From a virus (Duplodnaviria > Heunggongvirae > Uroviricota > Caudoviricetes), in the IMG/VR virus record IMGVR_UViG_3300035156_000038, positions 1 to 21,725 of that record: a DNA stretch of 21,725 nucleotides; one strand, given 5' to 3'. The notes under the pieces are model-generated. The model saw only the letters and a program-made list of their open reading frames with translations. It did not search any database and was not told where the DNA came from. Below, piece by piece: positions 7,764 through 13,257 of this stretch. The number at the start of each line of letters is the position of its first letter. Within the stretch, counting starts at the first letter, position 1. The position numbers were made by a program, and so were the translations under genes.

Positions 7764-7809
7764 GTTGCTGACAGGAATAACTATATCTGGATTAAATCCT
7801 GTCAGCAAC
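7764..7809. repeat. perfect 13-bp inverted repeat with 20-bp spacer, containing a minus-strand promoter
   Basis: GTTGCTGACAGGA (7764-7776) / TCCTGTCAGCAAC (7797-7809). Minus strand TTGCTG-17 bp-TATAGT at 7808-7780. Confidence 0.75.
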
Positions 7810-7855
7810 TTTATTTAAATCAATATTTCATGCGTGTTGTAAACACACCACAGGG

Positions 7856-8152
7856 TCAATCATCCCCCACAACGCACGACAAATCGAGCTTGCCTTTCCC
7901 CCTTTGTGCACGTGCGTAGGCCATTCGTTCTGCTGGGGTCAGCTTTGGCCGGGATTGCACAGAATCAACTCTTGTTTTCAAAGCGTTAATTGTTGCATCA
8001 CTGCGAACCATCCCCACTGAATAAGCACCCCCGAACATGGCAACTTCGCCGGGGTCATCGTCTGCGATTGCCCACCCGTCAAGGGTCATTTCGAAAATCT
8101 CTGCCAGTAGGGCTTCTAGCGTGGGGTGGGATAGCTTTTTAATATCCTTCAT
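7856..8152 (-). CDS. hypothetical protein (98 aa)
   Basis: ORF overlapping the upstream gene end; operon context. Confidence 0.7.
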   Translation of the reverse strand: MKDIKKLSHPTLEALLAEIFEMTLDGWAIADDDPGEVAMFGGAYSVGMVRSDATINALKTRVDSVQSRPKLTPAERMAYARAQRGKGKLDLSCVVGDD

Positions 8153-8321
8153 CGCCTGCTGCCTTCCCGAAGCCCATCCACATAAACCCGTAACTGGTTA
8201 GCAAGCATCCCAGTCCACCAGCAATCGCTACCCAGTCGTTGATGCTCATGCCGTAGGTTACGAAAGCTGCCCCCACCACTACAAGCACCACAACCAAGCC
8301 CAGTTCCACCCATTTAAGCAT
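8139..8321 (-). CDS. small membrane protein (60 aa)
   Basis: ATG 8321 (MLKWVELG...) after AAGGTGG; two hydrophobic helices. Start moved from the track position 8330. Confidence 0.7.
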   Translation of the reverse strand: MLKWVELGLVVVLVVVGAAFVTYGMSINDWVAIAGGLGCLLTSYGFMWMGFGKAAGDEGY

Positions 8322-8484
8322 CTTTACCACCTTGGATCAGGGCCACCACAGCCCCTTCGTAGCCCACCCGATTAGCAACCAAGCCTTCTTTCACGGCTAA
8401 GATTGCGTCCCTGTGGTCTTCTACCCCATCCACCTTCGTTACTGCCAGCTTCTTTGTTGCGCTGTCTTTGTAGTACACAAGCAT
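8314..8484 (-). CDS. hypothetical protein (56 aa)
   Basis: AAAGGAG RBS before ATG 8484 (MLVYYKDS...). Confidence 0.7.
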   Translation of the reverse strand: MLVYYKDSATKKLAVTKVDGVEDHRDAILAVKEGLVANRVGYEGAVVALIQGGKDA

Positions 8485-8513
8485 GTTAGCTCCTTTGTTC
8501 GTTTGATGCAAGC

Positions 8514-8542
8514 ATCTTACCTATTTTGTTTAGTTTGTGCAA
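8514..8542 (-). promoter_or_regulatory. sigma70-type promoter
   Basis: Minus strand TTGCAC-17 bp-TAAGAT. Confidence 0.6.
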
Positions 8543-8579
8543 GGATTATTTGATTCCTTGCTTCTTAAGTTAGGTAGAC

Positions 8580-8642
8580 AGTGTACACCCTACGTAGCCG
8601 TGGGTCAAGAGGCTTGACAGCAAGCAATTCATCGTGTACACT
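8580..8642. promoter_or_regulatory. back-to-back divergent sigma70 promoters
   Basis: Minus: TTGACC(8608-8603)-17 bp-TACACT(8585-8580). Plus: TTGACA(8614-8619)-17 bp-TACACT(8637-8642). Confidence 0.75.
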
Positions 8643-8671
8643 CTGTTCGAACGAGCGCAGCGAGTGAAGAA

Positions 8672-8747
8672 CTACTTAAGTAGGGTTAAGTAAGTAGTAT
8701 ATATAAAGTAGTTTTATAAGTAGCCTACTTAAGTAGTAACTACGTAG
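8672..8747. repeat. AT-rich segment with two CTACTTAAGTAG palindromes and AAGTAG repeats
   Basis: CTACTTAAGTAG at 8672-8683 and 8725-8736; further AAGTAG copies between them; CTACGTAG palindrome at 8740-8747 (also 8590-8597). Confidence 0.75.
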
Positions 8748-8761
8748 CCCGGTCGTGGGGC

Positions 8762-8790
8762 TTGACAAAATGCAAGTTTGCGTGTATCAT
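8762..8790 (+). promoter_or_regulatory. sigma70-type promoter
   Basis: TTGACA-17 bp-TATCAT. Confidence 0.75.
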
Positions 8791-8814
8791 ACGATCTTTC
8801 AAAGGAACGAAACA

Positions 8815-9150
8815 ATGAACGAAGGTGTTGTGACGATGGTGGAAGCGCCCATCTTCGTTAAGAAGACTCATGAACTGGCGGGGTTACTGAAGCGCGTTAA
8901 GTATGGATCGGCCAAGGCCGTTGACATCCTGATTGACACGATGGAAGACAAGAATACCGAGCCGAAGCTAAAAGTAGCGTGTGCGCAATCGCTAATTGAG
9001 TACGAAGTAAAGATTACAGACCAGATTAACAAAGACCAACTAGTAAGACAGGTGGCGGAAATTAAGGCTAAGGGCCTATCTACTCCGCTACGCCCTGAAG
9101 ATAAGGCGCTATCGCCAACGGTGGACTTTAGCCGTATTCAGGAAGTCTGA
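8815..9150 (+). CDS. hypothetical protein, possible terminase small subunit
   Basis: AAAGGA RBS before ATG 8815; 111 aa, helical with a disordered C-tail. First gene of the unit that leads to terL. The TerS assignment is positional inference only. Confidence 0.5.
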   Translation: MNEGVVTMVEAPIFVKKTHELAGLLKRVKYGSAKAVDILIDTMEDKNTEPKLKVACAQSLIEYEVKITDQINKDQLVRQVAEIKAKGLSTPLRPEDKALSPTVDFSRIQEV

Positions 9151-9167
9151 TAGCTAGGTAGCAAGGC

Positions 9168-9196
9168 TTGACAAAACACGGATCGTCGCTTATACT
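9168..9196 (+). promoter_or_regulatory. sigma70-type promoter heading the tRNA array
   Basis: TTGACA-17 bp-TATACT. Confidence 0.8.
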
Positions 9197-9373
9197 GTGA
9201 CCACATGGAGATATTGGGGTATTTGATTCTCTTTCGAAAGGTAGGTGATCCTGTATTTTGTTTGGCTTCATGTAAAGTGTTCTCCTTGGGTCAGATGTGT
9301 GTGAAGCTGGTTACTTCATTGGGGTGGTTCCCGAGACACGACATCGCCGCAAACTGTAAGCGGCCAGAACATT

Positions 9374-9460
9374 GCTCCTTTCCCATAGTGGTTGATTGGA
9401 CTTGCCTTGTAAGCAAGCGGCGAAAGCCCAGCGTCCGTTCGAATCGGACAGGGAGCACCA
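9374..9460 (+). tRNA. tRNA-Thr(UGU) with a long variable arm
   Basis: Acceptor GCTCCTT/AGGGAGC, A73, CCA; anticodon arm CTTGC-CTTGTAA-GCAAG; variable arm GGC-GAAA-GCC; T arm GTCCG-TTCGAAT-CGGAC. Confidence 0.8.
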
Positions 9461-9462
9461 AA

Positions 9463-9539
9463 CCTTCTCAAGCTAATCAGGTTGAAAGCGACGGATTGAA
9501 AACCCGTAGAGCGTGGATCGTTACCACGGTGAAGGGCCA
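9463..9539 (+). tRNA. tRNA-Phe(GAA), atypical acceptor
   Basis: ACGGA-TTGAAAA-CCCGT anticodon arm; T arm CGTGG-ATCGTTA-CCACG; acceptor CCTTCTC/GTGAAGG; G73; CCA. Confidence 0.75.
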
Positions 9540-9592
9540 AACAACTGTGCATTGTAACCAGTGCTAAGCTGTTTGACAATTTAGAGGTAGGT

Positions 9593-9997
9593 ATGAAGTC
9601 GTGTAGCTCATGCCAAGTTGAGTATGAGCCGTACGGCCAGAGATGCAGCTTGTGTAAGGAATGTCGGCGTGCGTATGATAGACAGTACCACGCTAAGAGA
9701 AGCACTGCTGCAAAGCAGCGAAAGTTGGATGTGCAGCGAGCAGCCCGGATACGGAATTCCCAGTTTGTGTACGATTACTTTAAAAGTAACCCGTGCGTCG
9801 GATGTGGAGAAACGCGTATCCCATGCCTACAGTTTGACCACGTAGGAGATAAATCCCACACTGTATCCGATATGGTTAAAGGCTACTCATTAGCCAACAT
9901 CAAAGAAGAAATTAGTAAGTGCAGGGTATTGTGTGCTAACTGCCACGCTGTCAGAACAGCAGAGCAGTTCGGATGGTACTCCAACGTAGCTAAGTAA
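9593..9997 (+). CDS. free-standing HNH endonuclease
   Basis: N-terminal CxxC...CxxC; core CVGCG...LQFDH...EISKCRVLCANCH; GAGGT RBS. Confidence 0.85.
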   Translation: MKSCSSCQVEYEPYGQRCSLCKECRRAYDRQYHAKRSTAAKQRKLDVQRAARIRNSQFVYDYFKSNPCVGCGETRIPCLQFDHVGDKSHTVSDMVKGYSLANIKEEISKCRVLCANCHAVRTAEQFGWYSNVAK

Positions 9998-10003
9998 GAC
10001 AAT

Positions 10004-10090
10004 CTGTGTGTAGCCCCGTAATCAGGTAGCGGCCTCGTTTTGGAAACGAGTGGGAAACCCTTGGTGGATCGAAGCCACCCGCGCAGACCA
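10004..10090 (+). tRNA. tRNA-Pro(UGG) with an extra variable stem
   Basis: C1-G72, A73, CCA; CTCGT-TTTGGAA-ACGAG; variable GGG-AAA-CCC; T arm GGTGG-ATCGAAG-CCACC. Confidence 0.8.
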
Positions 10091-10110
10091 AGTATTTAAG
10101 TGAGAAAGAC

Positions 10111-10139
10111 TTGACAAAGATAGGAAGCTAGTGTATTAT
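10111..10139 (+). promoter_or_regulatory. sigma70-type promoter
   Basis: TTGACA-17 bp-TATTAT. Confidence 0.8.
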
Positions 10140-10163
10140 TCAAGTCTAGGCAGTAAAGAATAT

Positions 10164-10243
10164 GGGGATAGGGACTGCTAGAAGTGGTCATTCGCCTTGC
10201 ACGCGGAATATCAGCCGGGTTTGAATCCTCGGTATCTCCACCA
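10164..10243 (+). tRNA. tRNA-Ala(UGC)
   Basis: GGGGATA/TATCTCC with G3:U70; TTCGC-CTTGCAC-GCGGA; A73; CCA. Confidence 0.85.
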
Positions 10244-10251
10244 AGTTTTAC

Positions 10252-10328
10252 GGGCGAGCACCGGAGTGATCCGGCCTTCTTTTGAAGGTACAGCTAAGCA
10301 GTGGTTAGATACCGCTCCTTGTCCACCA
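10252..10328 (+). pseudogene. degenerate or atypical tRNA-like gene, anticodon undetermined
   Basis: Acceptor GGGCGAG/CTTGTCC + A + CCA; T-like arm AGTGG-TTAGATA-CCGCT; D-like arm CCGGA-GTGA-TCCGG; the anticodon arm gives no canonical 7-nt loop. Confidence 0.5.
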
Positions 10329-10454
10329 GAATCATCGCAGAAGCGGCGTGAGCTAATCTACACTCACTGAGGTCATTGTCCACCAAAAGTCAGAACGGAC
10401 GGTATTATTAACTAGGCAACATGCAGCCCCCGTAGGAAAGCATGTAAGAACAAA

Positions 10455-10528
10455 GCAGGTAATCATAAGGTGTGACGCAAGCCTTCCAAGCTTCGCTGAG
10501 TGGAGTTCGATTCTCCCTACCCGCTCCA
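10455..10528 (+). tRNA. tRNA-Gly(UCC)
   Basis: AAGC-CTTCCAA-GCTT; U73; CCA; T loop TTCGATT. Confidence 0.85.
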
Positions 10529-10534
10529 AACAGT

Positions 10535-10610
10535 ACACGTATGGCTGATCGGCTTAGGCCCCGGATTGCAAACCCGGTGTAGCTGGGTTCGATTCCCGGT
10601 ACGTGTTCCA
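10535..10610 (+). tRNA. tRNA-Cys(GCA)
   Basis: ACACGTA/TACGTGT; loop TTGCAAA; U73; CCA. Confidence 0.85.
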
Positions 10611-10713
10611 AGATAGGCACTTATGCCTTGCGCAAGCGGAAAATAAGCTGGGGCTAGCATCATCTAGCCTTGCCTTCGCCGGGAAGGGACTACAAATAAC
10701 CGGAACGAATATT

Positions 10714-10795
10714 GGGCGAGTGGCTTATGGAAACGGTACACCTACCTGCCTTAGAAGCAGGGCTTTTGCTGGTTCGAATCCAGTCTTGCCTACCA
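10714..10795 (+). tRNA. tRNA-Leu(UAG) with a short variable region
   Basis: CCTGC-CTTAGAA-GCAGG; variable region only GCTTTT; T arm GCTGG-TTCGAAT-CCAGT; A73; CCA; long D loop. Confidence 0.8.
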
Positions 10796-10801
10796 AGTTA
10801 C

Positions 10802-10890
10802 GCTGTGTTGATAGAATTCGGTTACTTCATACTTTGACTTTTAATCAAACCCATTGCCGAAAGGCAGTTACCGATTCGCCAGTTACCAGC
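10802..10890 (+). ncRNA. Y-RNA-like RNA 1 (Yrl-like, Ro60-associated)
   Basis: Terminal GCTG/CAGC stem; GAATTCGGTTAC pairs with GTTACCGATTC; shared TTACTTC motif; internal TTGA-CTTTTAA-TCAA and TGCC-GAAA-GGCA hairpins; upstream of the Ro60 gene. Confidence 0.75.
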
Positions 10891-10898
10891 AAATTTAC

Positions 10899-10982
10899 GG
10901 CTTGCCGATATAAACCGATACTTCTTCGCTAATAGCCGATAACACCGAGGGGTGCGGCGTTTCTGTTTAGCCAGTTGCAGCC
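10899..10982 (+). ncRNA. Y-RNA-like RNA 2
   Basis: 5' GGCTTGCCGAT and 3' GCCAGTTGCAGCC resemble the Ro-binding stem of Y RNAs (GGCUGGUCCGA/UUGACUAGCC); TAAAC/GTTTA stem; ATACTTC motif; CACC-GAGG-GGTG hairpin. Confidence 0.65.
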
Positions 10983-10990
10983 AGTTTTAC

Positions 10991-11095
10991 GCAGTGTTGA
11001 TTGAAACAGTTACTTCTTACCTTTGCTAAAGAGAGTTCCGTTCGAATCGGATTAATCCACGGTGGACGACCATTTCTGTTTCGCTTGTTACCTGC
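10991..11095 (+). ncRNA. Y-RNA-like RNA 3 (YrlA-like, with T arm)
   Basis: GCAG/CTGC ends; GAAACAG/CTGTTTC stem; TTACTTC motif; canonical T arm TCCG-TTCGAAT-CGGA at 11037-11051. Confidence 0.8.
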
Positions 11096-11113
11096 TTATA
11101 TTTGTAGTAGAAT

Positions 11114-11169
11114 GCCCCTACCTCTGCCAGCTAGCCCAGAGCTAGTGAGCAAGTAGGGGCTTTTGTTTT
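11114..11169 (+). terminator. terminator-like hairpin between the Y RNAs and Ro60
   Basis: GCCCCTAC/GTAGGGGC stem with a nested CTAGC/GCTAG hairpin, followed by TTTTGTTTT. Confidence 0.6.
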
Positions 11170-11209
11170 AACCACGCCCGTTAGGGTAAACCAACCAAGG
11201 AGATTGTAA

Positions 11210-12520
11210 ATGGCATCGACTAACAAAAAAGTAGCACAACCGCGTACCGCAACCACTCACGCTGGCCTAGCTGTTAAGCAGCTTGGGGCAAACGATAAGC
11301 TGGTGCGTCTGACGCTGGCACACATGCTGTTCGAAGGGCAGTTCTACGTGAACGGCCAAACATCGGCAACCCTGTTGCAATCAGCCGTGAAAGCCGCTGA
11401 CCCACGTTTCGTAGCTACGCTGGCAGAAACCGCCCGTACTGATTACAAACTGCGTCACGTGCCGCTCTACCTGATTCGTGAACTAATCCGCAATGGTGAC
11501 GCTACCGCTGCCGACATCGACAACGTGATTCGTCGCCCGGATGAAATGGGTGAACTGCTTTCGCTGTATAACAAGCCGAAGCGTCAACCGCTGTCGCATC
11601 AACTGAAGAAAGGTCTGCGTCAAGCATTTGGCCGCTTCAACGAATACTCGCTAGCCAAGTTCGACAAGAACTCCGCTGGTTACAGCATCCGTGATGTGAT
11701 GTTCATGGTACGCCCAAAGCCTGCCACGCCAGAACAGGAAGCCCTGTACAAGCGTATCGCAGACGGCACAATGGCAACCCCGGATACGTGGGAAACCGAA
11801 CTGTCGGCTGGTGCGGATAAGAAGGAAACGTTCGAACGCCTGATGGGCGAAAAGAAGTTGGGCGCTCTGGCGTTCCTGCGCAACCTGCGTAACATGGTGC
11901 AAGCTGGTATCTCCACTTCGGTGATTCGTGCTTACGCTGAAACGCTGGATGTCAAGAACGTCCTGCCATTCCGCTACATCGCCGCTGCACGTGTTGTACC
12001 GCAGTTCGAAGATATGCTGGAAGCTATGATGTTCCGTTCGCTGCAAGGCGTGGAGAAGATCAAGGGCAAGACGGTGTTGATGGTGGACGTTTCGGGTTCG
12101 ATGTTCGGTACGAAGGTATCGGCCAAGTCCGACCTTGACCGCTTCGATGCAGCAGCGGCCTTGGCTGTTCTGTGCCGTGAGATTTGCGAAGAAGTGGAAA
12201 TCTACTCCTTCAGCAATCAATCGAAGCTGGTAGCGCCTCGCCGTGGCTTTGCTCTGGTGGAAGCTATCCGTAACAGCCAGTCGCACGGCGGTACTGCGAT
12301 GGGACGTTCGTACGCTGAAATCTCGGCTAAGACTTCGTTTGACCGCATCATCTGCTTCACCGATGAGCAATCGAGCGACCGCCCAGCCAAGCCGAAGGGT
12401 AAAGGTTACATCATCAACGTTGCTAGCTACCAAAATGGCATCAACGAAGACGCATGGACTACCGTTACCGGGTTCTCGGAAGCGACTTTGGAATACATTA
12501 AGTTTGTCGAAAAGCTGTAA
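11210..12520 (+). CDS. rsr: Ro60 / TROVE-domain RNA-binding protein (TROVE + vWA)
   Basis: TROVE-like N-terminal region (GQFY, LRHVPLYL.REL.R, IRRPDEMGELL, LRNLRNM, VLPFRY) and vWA MIDAS motif VDVSGSM, GGT, FTDEQS; AAGGAG RBS. Confidence 0.93.
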   Translation: MASTNKKVAQPRTATTHAGLAVKQLGANDKLVRLTLAHMLFEGQFYVNGQTSATLLQSAVKAADPRFVATLAETARTDYKLRHVPLYLIRELIRNGDATAADIDNVIRRPDEMGELLSLYNKPKRQPLSHQLKKGLRQAFGRFNEYSLAKFDKNSAGYSIRDVMFMVRPKPATPEQEALYKRIADGTMATPDTWETELSAGADKKETFERLMGEKKLGALAFLRNLRNMVQAGISTSVIRAYAETLDVKNVLPFRYIAAARVVPQFEDMLEAMMFRSLQGVEKIKGKTVLMVDVSGSMFGTKVSAKSDLDRFDAAAALAVLCREICEEVEIYSFSNQSKLVAPRRGFALVEAIRNSQSHGGTAMGRSYAEISAKTSFDRIICFTDEQSSDRPAKPKGKGYIINVASYQNGINEDAWTTVTGFSEATLEYIKFVEKL

Positions 12521-12526
12521 AGCCTC

Positions 12527-12555
12527 TTGACAAGCAAGCTAGCTAGGTGTATAAT
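12527..12555 (+). promoter_or_regulatory. consensus sigma70 promoter
   Basis: TTGACA-17 bp-TATAAT, a perfect match. Confidence 0.9.
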
Positions 12556-12587
12556 CACTCCACTTAGCTAGCAAAGACCTTACAAAA

Positions 12588-12679
12588 GGTCTTAACTATA
12601 ACTCTGGTGTTAGAATCGGTTACTTCTTCAACTGGTGAAAACAAAGCTCCGATTCGCCTTTTCCGGGTTATAGTTAAGA
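12588..12679 (+). ncRNA. Y-RNA-like RNA 4, downstream of Ro60
   Basis: 13-bp terminal stem TCTTAACTATAAC/GTTATAGTTAAGA; GAATCGG/CCGATTC stem and TTACTTC motif, near-identical to those of RNA 1. Confidence 0.7.
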
Positions 12680-12685
12680 TTTTAT

Positions 12686-12768
12686 GTGCGTGTGGCTTAG
12701 GTAAATTGGCACAGCCACCCGGCTCAAAACCGGGGCTTTTGCTGGTTCGAATCCAGTCACGCATACCA
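12686..12768 (+). tRNA. tRNA-Leu(CAA) with a short variable region
   Basis: CCCGG-CTCAAAA-CCGGG; variable GCTTTT; T arm identical to Leu(UAG); A73; CCA. Confidence 0.8.
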
Positions 12769-12776
12769 AGAACAAT

Positions 12777-12862
12777 TGCGAGGTAGAGAGTAGGGGTAGC
12801 TCGTCAGGCTCATAACCTGAACCTTAATTGGCTCGGCGGTTCGATTCCGCCCTTCGCAACCA
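12777..12862 (+). tRNA. tRNA-Met(CAU), initiator-like, with an expanded variable region
   Basis: TCAGG-CTCATAA-CCTGA and GGTAGCTCG D region resemble fMet tRNA; U1-A72; 14-nt variable region; CCA. Confidence 0.8.
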
Positions 12863-12867
12863 GAATT

Positions 12868-13257
12868 ATGCATACTAAAACTAAAGGAGACATCGCAGAG
12901 GCGATGGTAGCCGCACGGCTCCTACAAACAGGTGCGGCTGTACTAAAGCCGATGGGCGACAACCTGCGATACGATCTTGTAATTGACCGCGACGGGAAGT
13001 TCTACCGGGTTCAGTGCAAGATGGGTAAGTTGAAAGCTGGTAGTGTTCATTTCAGCACTTGTAGTAGTACCGCTAAGGAAAGCTACGAAGGGCAGATTGA
13101 ATACTTCGGCGTGTACTGCCCAGATAATGACGAATCCTACCTAATCCCGATTGAGGATTGCAAGGTAGGCCGTCAAAAGAGTTTGCGAGTGCAGGAAGCT
13201 AAGAACGGCCAAACAGCGGGTGTCACTTTAGCAGGGAAGTACAAACTGGGTCTATAA
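12868..13257 (+). CDS. PD-(D/E)XK endonuclease (PDDEXK_5 / I-Ssp6803I-like)
   Basis: KGDIAE, RYDLVID, RVQCK, Y..QIEYFGVY and YLIP motifs. The last codons overlap the 5' end of tRNA-Lys. Confidence 0.85.
   Translation: MHTKTKGDIAEAMVAARLLQTGAAVLKPMGDNLRYDLVIDRDGKFYRVQCKMGKLKAGSVHFSTCSSTAKESYEGQIEYFGVYCPDNDESYLIPIEDCKVGRQKSLRVQEAKNGQTAGVTLAGKYKLGL

Noticed and set aside
2363-7919. Plus-strand ORFs antisense to the leftward gene block (e.g. 2363-2725, 3442-3816, 5799-6143, 7533-7919)
   Set aside because: Shadow ORFs of well-supported, RBS-bearing, coupled minus-strand genes.
9205-9705. ORFs 9205-9567 (+) and 9316-9705 (-), and similar ORFs at 10353-10932, 12564-12764, 13785-14000, 14412-14663, 18044-18307
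   Set aside because: They run across tRNA or structured-RNA genes and have no RBS or protein motifs.
10611-10700. Hairpin-rich spacer between tRNA-Cys and tRNA-Leu as an ncRNA
   Set aside because: Only short local hairpins (AGGCA/TGCCT, GGCTAG/CTAGCC, CCTTC/GAAGG), with no closing helix or shared motif; insufficient support.
11651-12433. 260-aa minus-strand ORF
   Set aside because: Antisense shadow of the Ro60 gene.
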